Shown here piece after piece: positions 30,012 through 39,636 of a stretch of DNA of 64,000 nucleotides. Under the pieces are notes generated by a model, which saw nothing but the letters and a program-made list of their open reading frames with translations, ran no database searches and was not told the origin of the DNA. Source of the stretch: an uncultured archaeon (GTDB lineage Archaea; Thermoproteota; Nitrososphaeria; Nitrososphaerales; Gagatemarchaeaceae); assembly GCA_963817525.1 (NCBI GenBank), contig CAWFOU010000007.1, forward strand, positions 128,001 through 192,000, written 5' to 3'. The first letter of the stretch is position 1. Every line of letters begins with the position of its first letter. Both the position numbers and the translations under genes were made by a program.

Positions 30012-30051
30012 GGATCCGCCTAGAGGATTAAACGCATCCCGTGGGGCCCGC
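30012..30051 (+). repeat. att-like site, type A
   Basis: GGATCCGCCTA GAGGAT TAAACGCATCC CGTGGGGCCCGC. Confidence 0.75.
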
Positions 30052-30095
30052 TCCCATTACGGTTAATACACAGACCCCACCCAGTCACGGGCGTC

Positions 30096-30926
30096 TTGCC
30101 CACGATTAAGACGAAAGATGGGACTCAGATTTACTACAAGGACTGGGGGACGGGACAGCCTGTCGTCTTCAGCCACGGTTGGCCGCTCAGCGCCGACGCG
30201 TGGGAAGACCAGATGCTCTTCCTGGGCTCGCGCGGATATCGTTGCATAGCGCACGACCGCCGCGGTCATGGGCGCTCCGACCAGCCCTGGAACGGCAACG
30301 ACATGGACACCTACGCTGACGACCTTGCCGACCTTGTCAAGCATCTCGACCTCAAGGGCGCCGTTCACGTTGGTCACTCGACCGGGGGCGGCGAGGTCGC
30401 GCGCTACATTGGGCGGCATGGGACGAAGCGCGTCGCCAAGGCCGTTCTCATCGGGGCAGTGCCACCCATAATGGTGAAGACGCCGTCCAACCCTGGCGGC
30501 CTGCCTATCGAGACGTTCGACCAGATCCGCGCGGGAGTCCTGGCAGACCGCTCGCAGTTCTGGAAGGACCTGTCGATGCCGTTCTACGGCGCCAATCGCC
30601 CCAACTCCAAGGTGTCGCAAGGCCTGCGAGACTCGTTCTGGCTCCAGGGGATGTGGGCAAGCCACAAGGCGGTCTACGACTGCATCAAGCAGTTCTCCGA
30701 GACGGATTTCACCGAAGACCTCAAGAAGATCGACGTGCCGACGCTAGTCCTCCACGGGGACGACGACCAGATAGTGCCCATTGCGGACTCGGCGTTGCTG
30801 ACAGCCAAGATAGTTAGGAAGGCCACTCTGAAGGTGATCCCCGGAGCGCCCCACGGCATGTGCTCGACCCTCAAGGACACCATCAACGCAGAGCTGCTGG
30901 CGTTCCTGAAGCAAGGCCTTTCATGA
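30096..30926 (+). CDS. cpo: Non-heme chloroperoxidase / perhydrolase (alpha/beta hydrolase)
   Basis: [50 protein letters not shown]. Confidence 0.92.
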   Translation: MPTIKTKDGTQIYYKDWGTGQPVVFSHGWPLSADAWEDQMLFLGSRGYRCIAHDRRGHGRSDQPWNGNDMDTYADDLADLVKHLDLKGAVHVGHSTGGGEVARYIGRHGTKRVAKAVLIGAVPPIMVKTPSNPGGLPIETFDQIRAGVLADRSQFWKDLSMPFYGANRPNSKVSQGLRDSFWLQGMWASHKAVYDCIKQFSETDFTEDLKKIDVPTLVLHGDDDQIVPIADSALLTAKIVRKATLKVIPGAPHGMCSTLKDTINAELLAFLKQGLS

Positions 30927-31016
30927 GCTCCCGAGACCGCTGAATCCCGAGCGGCTACGTTCCGATCCTTGGCAGGGCCGCCTCCTTATTATTATCAAGA
31001 CCTATCTCGGACAATC

Positions 31017-31868
31017 ATGACAGACTCGACGCAGAGCTTCTGGCCCAACGATGCACGGCTCGTCATCTCGGTTTCCATGCAGTTTGAAACCGGATCTCAA
31101 CCCGACCGTGGAGCCGCGAGCCCCTTTCCGCCTCTTGATCCCAAGTACCCTGACCTGCCCGCGCAAAAGTGGTACGACTATGGCTTCAAGGAAGGCATCC
31201 CCAGGCTCCTCGACCTGTGGGACCGGGTCGGCATCAAGGTGACGTCTCACATGGTCGGCCGAGCCGTCGAAAGACACCCTGAACTTGCGAAGGAGATCGT
31301 CGATCGAGGCCACGAGGCGGCCGGCCACGGTCAGACCTGGGAGCCGCAGTACTCCATGACCTCCGAGCAGGAGCGCGCCGGGTATCAGGCCAGCGTCGAC
31401 ACGATCCGGAGGGTGACGGGCACACGCCCGGTCGGTTTCAACGCGTTCTGGCTTCGCGGCACTACGAGCACCCTGGGAATCCTCCAAGACCTGGGCTTCA
31501 TCTACCACATCGATGACGTCAGCCGAGACGAGCCCTTCACGGTGACCGTGAAGGGGAAGCCCTTCGCCGTCGTGCCCTACACGATTCGCAACAATGACAT
31601 CGTGCGTTTTGATTCGCCGGCGATGACGAACGCCGCTTACCTGCAGGACGTTAAGGATGATTTTGATGTCCTCTACGCAGAGGCGGCCTCCCGCCGCCGG
31701 ATGATGTCGATCAGCACGCACGACCGGATCTCCGGCATCCCAGGACGAGTGAAAGTGCTGGAGGAGTTCATCAGGTATGCCCAAGGACGTGACGACGTCG
31801 TGTTCATGCGGAAGGACGAGATCGCAAGGTGGATCTTGTCGGCTTCCGACGCGCCTCGCGAAGAGTGA
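31017..31868 (+). CDS. Polysaccharide deacetylase family (PuuE-like) protein
   Basis: FWPNDARLVISVSMQFE, YGFKEGIPRLLDL, GHEAAGHG, MMSISTHDRISG. Confidence 0.88.
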   Translation: MTDSTQSFWPNDARLVISVSMQFETGSQPDRGAASPFPPLDPKYPDLPAQKWYDYGFKEGIPRLLDLWDRVGIKVTSHMVGRAVERHPELAKEIVDRGHEAAGHGQTWEPQYSMTSEQERAGYQASVDTIRRVTGTRPVGFNAFWLRGTTSTLGILQDLGFIYHIDDVSRDEPFTVTVKGKPFAVVPYTIRNNDIVRFDSPAMTNAAYLQDVKDDFDVLYAEAASRRRMMSISTHDRISGIPGRVKVLEEFIRYAQGRDDVVFMRKDEIARWILSASDAPREE

Positions 31869-31901
31869 GCCGACCGGCCACCCATTGAGCGAGAGATTTT
31901 C

Positions 31902-31949
31902 GGAGTCCATTTGCAGAACCCGTTAAGGGGCAGACCCCGTCGGTCCCGC
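31902..31949 (+). repeat. att-like site, type B
   Basis: GGAGTCCATTTGCAGAACCCGTTAAGGGGCAGACCCCGTCGGTCCCGC. Confidence 0.8.
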
Positions 31950-32032
31950 TGCCAATACTTGCCTGGAAGTATTGGATAGAGTTATGTTTCCGTCGAGGTG
32001 GCGTCTCGGGTCGAGAAGGGGTTGGTAAGAAA

Positions 32033-32821
32033 TTGGGCATGCTAGAAGGCAAGACTGCGGTGGTCTACGGGGCGGCAGGGGGCATTGGGAGCGCCACGGC
32101 AAAGGCATTCGCAAGGGAGGGCGCGTTTGTCTTCCTTGCCGGCAGAACGCTGAAGTCGCTTGAATCGGTCGAAGCCCAAATTCGCGGGTCGGGAGGACTC
32201 GCCGAGAGCGGGGTCGTCGATGCCCTTGACGAGCAATCGGTCGAGGACAATCTGTCGAAGTTGGTCAGAGACCGTGACGGGCTAGACGTGTCGTACAATC
32301 TGATGTCGACCAACGTGGAGATGGGCGGGAGATTGGCAGAACTATCTGAGAAGCGGTTCTCCAAAGCCGCGTTCGACAGGGTCAGGTCGAATTTCGTCAC
32401 CGCTACCGCCGCCGCGAGGGTCATGCAGAAACAAGGGGGCGGTGTCGTGATTGGACTGACGGCTAGCACCGGCAGATTTCCCCAGGCGGACACCGGTGGC
32501 TTCTCAGTAGGGTGCGCCGCAATCGAGACACTTCTCAAACAGCTCGCCGTCGAGGTGGGCCCGTCGGGGGTCAGGGTCGTCTGCTTGAGGACGGGGGCCA
32601 CACCGGAGAACCCTGTGCTGCAGCAGGTATACCAGCGGCTGGCCGAAGTAAGGGGAACGACAAAGGAAGTTGTGGAGAGAGCCGAAGCGGAGCACACCGC
32701 CCTGAAGCGCTCTCCGCGCATAGCAGAGGTCGCCAACGCCGCCGTGCTCGTCGCATCAGATTACGCTAGCGCCATCACGGCGACCCCCGTGAATGCATCG
32801 TGTGGGGAGCTCGTGGATTAG
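32033..32821 (+). CDS. Short-chain dehydrogenase/reductase (atypical)
   Basis: AVVYGAAGGIG; GFSVGCAAI replaces YxxxK. Confidence 0.85.
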   Translation: MGMLEGKTAVVYGAAGGIGSATAKAFAREGAFVFLAGRTLKSLESVEAQIRGSGGLAESGVVDALDEQSVEDNLSKLVRDRDGLDVSYNLMSTNVEMGGRLAELSEKRFSKAAFDRVRSNFVTATAAARVMQKQGGGVVIGLTASTGRFPQADTGGFSVGCAAIETLLKQLAVEVGPSGVRVVCLRTGATPENPVLQQVYQRLAEVRGTTKEVVERAEAEHTALKRSPRIAEVANAAVLVASDYASAITATPVNASCGELVD

Positions 32822-33091
32822 TATCAGCTGCACTTTCGAGCTGGACACCCACCAATTCGATGCCCCAATGGCGATATCGTACCCGTCCGCTTCCAGGCCC
32901 CCGACGACGCTTCGGCCACCTCAGAGGAAGAGACGGACCACCCGGCCTTCTCGATGGGTTTACCCTTCATCTCTTGTGTCGTGGATCGTCGCAAGGATGA
33001 CCTTCTTGCACTTTGGCTTGGTCGTTGCTTCGGGCCGACGCAATCAATGGTTTAGCCTGCCTCTTTGGTGCTAGCCCTCCGCAAAGCTCGC

Positions 33092-33238
33092 TTAGGCGAC
33101 TACGACTCTTCTCTTCTGCTCGAGGTAGCCGCCACACACCGCGCACTTACCTGCAATCGTGAACGCACCCCAGTCCAGCCTTGAGATTGGGTAATCGATG
33201 TCCCTGAGCGCTCGACAGTTTGCACAGCGCGCCTTCAT
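33092..33238 (-). CDS. 48-aa C4 zinc-ribbon micro-protein
   Basis: MKARCANCRALRDI...IAGKCAVCGGYLEQKRRVVVA (manual translation). Confidence 0.6.
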   Translation of the reverse strand: MKARCANCRALRDIDYPISRLDWGAFTIAGKCAVCGGYLEQKRRVVVA

Positions 33239-33423
33239 TGAGCTTTGAACTTCCCGTCGTCAGAGTCAGGTCCGAAGAAGAATACCTTCTTCAACGACAT
33301 GTCACAAACTTCGTTACATATATCGCGAACGCAAGATTGTGCTAGAACCTTGTTACAGAGCTTTTCCTGCTAGGCTCCACTTCCGTAGAACCCCCACGTC
33401 AGGTTATACCAAGCAGGGGGGCA

Positions 33424-34446
33424 ATGAGTCCGAGGAGCGCACAAGTCAATTATAGTGACGACGGGGCTAGAAACTCTGTGGCGAGCTCTTCGGGAGGATC
33501 AGGCCCTATGAGCGGGAAAGTCGCATCCCTAGCGAATGGAGAGACGACCTGGGTGGACGTCACAGACCCCGGCCCCGCCGAATTGGCCACGCTGGCCCGC
33601 GACTACCATTTCCACCCTCTGGACCTGGAAGCCTACATCTCAACGGTCCATTTTACGAAGATGGAGGATCACGATGGGCATTTCTTCATCACACTGCAGG
33701 TCCCGGACCAGCCAGTCCCGGGCGCGATAGTCTCGAACCAGGTCATGATGTTCTTGGGAGCGGACTACTTGGTGACTCTACACTCCTCGAGTCTAAAGAC
33801 CGTGCAGACGTTGTTCCAGTCGTGCAAAGACGACGAGAAGCAGCGAAGCGCCATGATGAAGTCCTCGGCCTACTTGGCCTATAAGATAATTGACAGATTA
33901 GTCGATAGTGTCTTTTCGATTCTTAGCAGCGTCCAAACGAGCCTCGACAACATCGAGGCTGTTGTGTTCGATGAAAAGACCTCCTCCGCGCGCGCAATAA
34001 ACATCGCGCGTCGTCAGATAGCGATCTTGAGAAGGATCCTCTATCCTCTGGGGCTCTACATACCGGACCTAGCCAAGGCCCAGAAGTTCAGCAAGGAGGA
34101 CCTTACCATCTACTTCAGCGATGTCCGGCACAAGGTCGGGAAGCTCACTGCGACGGTGGACGAGATGAAGGAGATGGTAGAGATCTACAACGATACGGAC
34201 TTCACTATCGCAAGCGAACGGACGAATACCGTGCTTTCCTTCCTGACGATCATCTTCACGCTGACCCTCCCGGCCGCGGTGATAGCGGCGTTCTACGGGA
34301 TGAACATCCCCATCCCCGGCGCCCTGGATCCCGGAGCATGGGGGTCGCCCCTTGGACCTTTCACGTCGCTAATCTTCATCCTCGTCCTGATTCTCGTCCC
34401 GACCCTCGCCATGGCATCTTACTTCTGGCGCAGGGGCTGGTTCTAG
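33424..34446 (+). CDS. corA: CorA-family Mg2+/Co2+ transporter (start may be ATG 33508)
   Basis: WVDVTDP, FHPLDLE, FYGMN signature, two C-terminal TMs. Confidence 0.92.
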   Translation: MSPRSAQVNYSDDGARNSVASSSGGSGPMSGKVASLANGETTWVDVTDPGPAELATLARDYHFHPLDLEAYISTVHFTKMEDHDGHFFITLQVPDQPVPGAIVSNQVMMFLGADYLVTLHSSSLKTVQTLFQSCKDDEKQRSAMMKSSAYLAYKIIDRLVDSVFSILSSVQTSLDNIEAVVFDEKTSSARAINIARRQIAILRRILYPLGLYIPDLAKAQKFSKEDLTIYFSDVRHKVGKLTATVDEMKEMVEIYNDTDFTIASERTNTVLSFLTIIFTLTLPAAVIAAFYGMNIPIPGALDPGAWGSPLGPFTSLIFILVLILVPTLAMASYFWRRGWF

Positions 34447-34639
34447 CTCCCAGCCATCACCTACCTCCAGAAGCCCGCCACTTCGTCGACGTGGTCGCCA
34501 GGGATGCGGCGTTCTGGGGATGCTGACGAACGGCGCAGCCGGGAGTCCCTCGAAGAGAGAGGCCCTTCACCACGGAGGCGAGTGCTCGGATGGATTGTCG
34601 ATAAGGAAGCGGTTTTGGGTCAATTCCGGCTAGTTGTGC

Positions 34640-35029
34640 CTACTCGTCGACCCGTTTCAGCGAGGCGGAGTTTATGCAGTACCTGAGGCCGGTCGGAGCG
34701 GGACCGTCGCCGAACACGTGACCAAGGTGCGAGCCGCATTTCGCGCATTGGACCTCCGTCCTCTTCATGAAAAAGAAACTGCGATCCGACTCCTCTCTTA
34801 TGCCTCCTTTCTCTATCGGTTTCCAGAAGCTGGGCCAGCCGGTCCCAGAATCGAACTTGGTCTCCGAGTCGAAGAGGGGGTTCCCGCAGACCACGCAATT
34901 GTATATCCCCTTTTCGTGGCTGTCCCAATATTCTCCCGTGAACGGCATCTCGGTCCCCTTCTTGACGCAGACGCTGAATTGCTGAGGCGTCAGTCGCAGC
35001 TTTAGCTTCGCCTCTTCTTCCTTTTGCAT
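34640..35029 (-). CDS. msrB: Peptide-methionine (R)-S-oxide reductase
   Basis: [29 protein letters not shown]...RYCINS. Confidence 0.97.
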   Translation of the reverse strand: MQKEEEAKLKLRLTPQQFSVCVKKGTEMPFTGEYWDSHEKGIYNCVVCGNPLFDSETKFDSGTGWPSFWKPIEKGGIREESDRSFFFMKRTEVQCAKCGSHLGHVFGDGPAPTGLRYCINSASLKRVDE

Positions 35030-35105
35030 ACATGAAAAGCGTCACCCGGAATCGTATAAGGTTTGGCCAAACTGGCTTCGTCGCAAAAGGCGCGGCGGGC
35101 GCCTT

Positions 35106-35684
35106 CTACCCGACGGGCTCGCCAAGTGTGGCAAGAATCTTCTTCGCCGCCTCCTCTGGAGAGGTCGCTCGCGAATCGATGACCAGCGCGTCTCTGGGCG
35201 GCTCGAACGAGCTCCAGAGCCTCATGAAGCTCTCACGCGAGACCCGTGGGTTCTTCTGCGCGTTCCTCTGGAAGGCGAGGACCGGGTCGCACCAAGCCCA
35301 AACCACGAGCCGCGACTCGCACAACTTGGCAAGCTTGGTGATCGCCTCGCGCCTGAATTCCTCCTTGGCGAACGTGGCGACCAGCACCACGTCAAACTTG
35401 TGTCTGAGGGCCTGCTCCGCCACGGCGATCGCGCTGCGGTAGACGAACCTCGACTCTCCCGACGCATATGGAGGCTTCGCGACCATGCTCCTGATCACGT
35501 CGGTCTCGATATGGACGCACCTTTCGAGCCTCGCCCCTATCGCCAAGGCTATGCTGGTCTTGCCGCTGCCGGCGATCCCGCATAGTAGTATGAGACGTCC
35601 GCGGCGCGCGGGAGCGGCGGCAGCCTTCGTTTTCCCTGCTTGCGATTGGGCTGGGCCGGTCCCCGCGGGCTCAGGTTGAAACAT
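35106..35684 (-). CDS. P-loop kinase (AAA_33-like)
   Basis: LILLCGIAGSGKTS, IETDVIR. Confidence 0.85.
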   Translation of the reverse strand: MFQPEPAGTGPAQSQAGKTKAAAAPARRGRLILLCGIAGSGKTSIALAIGARLERCVHIETDVIRSMVAKPPYASGESRFVYRSAIAVAEQALRHKFDVVLVATFAKEEFRREAITKLAKLCESRLVVWAWCDPVLAFQRNAQKNPRVSRESFMRLWSSFEPPRDALVIDSRATSPEEAAKKILATLGEPVG

Positions 35685-35889
35685 CGATTCATCTCTCCTA
35701 TCTTTTCTCGCGCATATCAGGACTGAAGAGCTTGGACTGCGATAGTGAGAAGGTCAGGCGCAATCCCAGTTTCTCTCCTCCTCGCTCCCCACTAGATTGT
35801 CTCTCGGAGGACCTTTTCAGTCTTCTCGCAAATTCCACGTTCCGAACCCACCCACGAGCGTGTCCGTCGGGTCGTTGGTTTCAATCAGC

Positions 35890-36231
35890 CTACTTGTAAT
35901 ACCTGAACTCGAGAATCAAGCAAGTCTTCAGGCACTTGAAGGGCCCGTGCGGTTCGCCTGGCTTGTGGAACACGTACGCCCCGCCTTTGATTGTCTTCCC
36001 GGTCTTGGTGTTCAGCATCTCCCCTTCCAGATAGTACGCCTCTTCGTAGAACTCGTGCTTTACAGGCTGAGCAAATTCCACCCCTCCCTTTACTCGAAGG
36101 ACGTGCGTGTAGCTCCCATCTTTGTGCCGGTGCAGCACGATCTCGTCGACTCCTTCGGGCTCGCCCTTCGCTCGCCTCCATCCCGCTCGGTCAGAATTGA
36201 ACTCGAAATACGCCCCGGCCTTGATTGCCAT
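35890..36231 (-). CDS. Cupin (ChrR-like) protein
   Basis: HEFYEEAYYLEG...YVFHKPGEPHGPF. Confidence 0.85.
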   Translation of the reverse strand: MAIKAGAYFEFNSDRAGWRRAKGEPEGVDEIVLHRHKDGSYTHVLRVKGGVEFAQPVKHEFYEEAYYLEGEMLNTKTGKTIKGGAYVFHKPGEPHGPFKCLKTCLILEFRYYK

Positions 36232-36302
36232 GCCCCGCGTTCTTCGAGCGCCCTAAAAAGCGGGACGCCAAGCCCCAAGAGCGATCGGCTTGACCCGAAG
36301 CT

Positions 36303-37346
36303 TCAGGCCTGGGCGGAGAGTTCCTCGACGGCCTCCATAAGCACCCCCTTCGCCACGTCGACCTGGTAGGCGTTGTTCTCCAGTGGGGTGGCCGCAGAGA
36401 GGGCCGGGCCGGCAGCTTGCTCGGGCGTGATCGACGAGAGGATGCTCCCGTTCAGCATCGCTTCGACCGCCGAGTCCCTGTACGGCGCAGGAGCTATCCC
36501 TCCGAAGACCACCCGCGCGTCCTCCACCGTGCCCCCGTCCATTGAGAGAGTGACCGCCACGCTCGCGATGCCAAAGTCGACGGCGTTCCTTATCTTGGAC
36601 TTTACGAACGTCGACAGTAAGCCCTGCGGCGAGGGAGGGATGTTCACGGCCGTGACCAGCTCGGTCGGAAGGAGGATGTGCGACTGGAGCACCCCGCCCA
36701 CCCAGACGTTGCCCGGGAGGAACTCGGCCAGCGGCACGCTCTTGGTCCCGTATCCCCCGGCGACCACCACGGAGACGTCGAGCGCCTCGAGGCAGACCGC
36801 GAGGTCAGAGGGGTGGGCCGCGTAGCAGTCGTCGCCGCCCATGACGCTCATGTAGTACCTGTTGTCCGCGCCCGGTTGGGTCGCATAGCAGATGGACCCG
36901 CCAGCCCTCCAGCACCTCAGCGCGTTCCTCAGGAACGGACACCACACCTGCTGGGCGAGGGCGCCCCCCACAGTGGCGACGTTCCTCACCTGCGGCGAGG
37001 ATATCTCTCCGGAGACCTGGCTCAGCAGCGGGTAGTTCTCCGAGATGACCTCGGAGCTCTCGATGTCCCCGACGGTCACGAGCGACCCCATCGAGAGGCC
37101 GGCCGTCGGGTCGAAGGTGAGCTGGCCCAGCTCTGCGATCTTCTTGATGTCCACGACCACCTCGGGCGGGGAGGGCATCGCGTCCCTCTTCATCATGTAG
37201 AGGAGGTCCGAGCCGCCCGCCATCACCTTCGCCTTGCTCCCGTACTCCGCCAGCAAAGACATCGCCTCCGAGAGAGTGGTGGGAGCGACGTAGCTGAACG
37301 GGGGGAGCGTCCTGGGGGTGAGCTCGGGAAGGAGGCCGTCGGACAC
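36303..37346 (-). CDS. Xanthine-dehydrogenase-family FAD subunit with Cys insert (PaoB/YagS-like)
   Basis: MAGGSDL, QVRNVATVGG, WCPFLR...CWRAGGSIC...DDCYAAHPSD. Confidence 0.9.
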   Translation of the reverse strand: MSDGLLPELTPRTLPPFSYVAPTTLSEAMSLLAEYGSKAKVMAGGSDLLYMMKRDAMPSPPEVVVDIKKIAELGQLTFDPTAGLSMGSLVTVGDIESSEVISENYPLLSQVSGEISSPQVRNVATVGGALAQQVWCPFLRNALRCWRAGGSICYATQPGADNRYYMSVMGGDDCYAAHPSDLAVCLEALDVSVVVAGGYGTKSVPLAEFLPGNVWVGGVLQSHILLPTELVTAVNIPPSPQGLLSTFVKSKIRNAVDFGIASVAVTLSMDGGTVEDARVVFGGIAPAPYRDSAVEAMLNGSILSSITPEQAAGPALSAATPLENNAYQVDVAKGVLMEAVEELSAQA

Positions 37347-37347
37347 G

Positions 37348-39636
37348 CTACTGGCCTCCGCCCGTCTTCAGGGCCTCGAGCACCATTTGCGGGGTTATGG
37401 GGATGGAGGTGAACCTGACGCCTATGGCGTTCGCTATCGCGTTCCTGATCGCGGAGTGCGTGCAGATGATCATGCTCTCCCCCGCCCCCTTGGCTCCGAA
37501 GGGCCCCCGGGGGTCGGGGTTCTCGATGGAGATGGGCACCATGTCGGGGACGTCCATCGTCGTAGGGACCTTGTAATAGAGCCAGTCCCGCGTGATGGAC
37601 TGGGCCGTCGTCACGTCCACGACGTAGTCCTCGAGAAGGCCGTAGCCCAAGCCTTGTATGGCGGCGCCCTGCATCTGCCCCTCGGCGGCTAGCGGGTTTA
37701 TCACCTGGCCGTAGTCCTGGACCATGGTCAGCTTCTTCACGTCTATCTTCCCGGTCCACAGGTTGACCTGGACCTCGGCGAAGCATGTCCCGAACTGGAA
37801 GCCCGACTTGCTGGTCTGGGCCGTCTGGGTGTACTGGCCTGACCCTTGCACGCCCGCCCCTCCAGGCGCGCCCTGCGCGACCTGGGAGAAGCTGGCGCTT
37901 CGGCTCGAGCCGTTGACCATGACCTGGCTGTTGTTGGTCGCGAGCTGGTCGGGCGTGGTGCCCAGCAGTCCGGCCGCCGCGGTCAGGAGGTTCTGCTTCG
38001 CGTTCGCGGCTGCCGCCTTGGCCGCGTTCCCCGCGATGAAGGTCGTACGGCTCCCGAAGCTCCCCAGGGCCGGGGCCGCGGGGTAGTTCGTATCGCCGAG
38101 GAGGACTGTGATATCGTCGAGGGCCGCTCCGAGCTCTTCCGCGACTATCATCGACAAGGTCGTCGCCTGCCCGCCGCCCAGGTCAGACGTCCCCATCGTC
38201 ACCTCGACCTGGCCGCTTGGTCCGATGGTGATCGAGACGTTCGCGGTGTCGGGCTTGTGGCCGAACCCGTAAGTGAGAAGCGCCATCCCCAGGCCCGTGC
38301 GCTTGTGCCCGGTGGAGCTCACGGGGCCTGCGGCGCTCCACCTCGCCGTCCAGTCGGTCGCGGCCATCCCCTTCTCGATGGCCTCCATGAAGGCCGAGCC
38401 GCCCACCTGGGAAAAGTCGACGGGCTCGTCCTCTATCTCGAGCACGTCGTCGGGCCTTATGCAGTTCATGTATTGCAGGGCGGTCGGATCCATCCCGAGC
38501 TGCGCGGCCAGGTCGTCCATGGCCGACTGGACCGCGAAGTTCGACTGCACCCCCCCGTACCCCCTGAACGCGCCGGCGGGGGGGTTGTCCGTGAAGACGG
38601 CGTAGGTGGTATAGCTCAGGTTGGGGCAGCGGTAGCCATTGAAGAGCGCCCTTGCGGCGACGTAGGGGACGGACGAGCCGCCCGCAAGGTAGGCGCCCTT
38701 GTCAAAGGTCGCCTGGAGGTCGATGGCAGTGATGGTGCCGTCGCTCGTCGCGCCCAGCTTCACGGTGAAGCTCGCGGCATGCCGCTTGTTGGGGGACCCC
38801 TCGAATGCGTAGTCCGGGGGCATCACCATCTTGACCGGGCGCGAGGTCTTCTGCGCGAGGACGGCGGCGAGCGGGATGTACCTCCAGAGGTTGTCCTCCC
38901 CGAACCCTCCCCCCAGATACTGGGAGACCACCCTCACGTTCTGCGTTGGTATCCCCAGGAGGGTGGCAAGCTCTCCCTGCCTCACGAAGATCACCTGGCT
39001 GTCGGTGTAGACCGTGAGGTTGTCTCCTTCCCACTCCGCCAGGGCCGAGGACGACCTGAGGGAGGCGGCGGGTTGGGGCGGCACCTGGTACTGGCCTTGG
39101 AAGACCACGTCGGCCTGGGCGAACCCCGCGTCGACGTCGCCCCTCGCCATGACGAGGGGCGAGTAGGCCGTCTGGACGTTCCCGGGGAACCATGGCGACT
39201 CGACGTCGGGGGCGCCGGGGTTCATGGTGGTCGCGGCGTCGAGGTTGAAGGGGAGCGGCTGGTATTGAACGTCGACGAGCTTTGCCGCGGCGTCCGCAAT
39301 CTCGGCTGTCTCCGCTGCGATCGCGGCGACCTCGTCCCCTACGAACCTGACGCCGTTGTCCGCGGCCCCGGCCAGGACCCTGAGGTCGTAGGAGAGGAGG
39401 GGAGGGAAAGGTACCTCGGGGACGTCCTTTCCCGTGATGACCGCCTTGACGCCCGGGAGGGCTTCGGCCTTCGAGGCGTCTATGCTGAGGATGGTAGCCC
39501 TGGGTTGCGTGCTCCTCACCACCCGCCCGATGAGCATGTTCGGCCTCGTGAGGTCGATGGTGTACTGGGCGGTCCCGGTCACCCTCTGGGGGCCGCGGAC
39601 GTCGGGGACGTTAGTCCCCACAACGGAGTTGCTCAA
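37348..39636 (-). CDS. Xanthine-dehydrogenase-family molybdopterin subunit (aldehyde oxidoreductase-like)
   Basis: VTGTAQYTID, LGGGFG, AGAFRGYG, GSRTT, GAKGAGE; TTG start overlaps the upstream TGA. Confidence 0.92.
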   Translation of the reverse strand: MSNSVVGTNVPDVRGPQRVTGTAQYTIDLTRPNMLIGRVVRSTQPRATILSIDASKAEALPGVKAVITGKDVPEVPFPPLLSYDLRVLAGAADNGVRFVGDEVAAIAAETAEIADAAAKLVDVQYQPLPFNLDAATTMNPGAPDVESPWFPGNVQTAYSPLVMARGDVDAGFAQADVVFQGQYQVPPQPAASLRSSSALAEWEGDNLTVYTDSQVIFVRQGELATLLGIPTQNVRVVSQYLGGGFGEDNLWRYIPLAAVLAQKTSRPVKMVMPPDYAFEGSPNKRHAASFTVKLGATSDGTITAIDLQATFDKGAYLAGGSSVPYVAARALFNGYRCPNLSYTTYAVFTDNPPAGAFRGYGGVQSNFAVQSAMDDLAAQLGMDPTALQYMNCIRPDDVLEIEDEPVDFSQVGGSAFMEAIEKGMAATDWTARWSAAGPVSSTGHKRTGLGMALLTYGFGHKPDTANVSITIGPSGQVEVTMGTSDLGGGQATTLSMIVAEELGAALDDITVLLGDTNYPAAPALGSFGSRTTFIAGNAAKAAAANAKQNLLTAAAGLLGTTPDQLATNNSQVMVNGSSRSASFSQVAQGAPGGAGVQGSGQYTQTAQTSKSGFQFGTCFAEVQVNLWTGKIDVKKLTMVQDYGQVINPLAAEGQMQGAAIQGLGYGLLEDYVVDVTTAQSITRDWLYYKVPTTMDVPDMVPISIENPDPRGPFGAKGAGESMIICTHSAIRNAIANAIGVRFTSIPITPQMVLEALKTGGGQ

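Noticed and set aside
37348-39636. Aerobic CO dehydrogenase (coxL)
   Set aside because: The active-site loop is AFRGYG, not AYxCSFR (form I) or AYRGAGR (form II).
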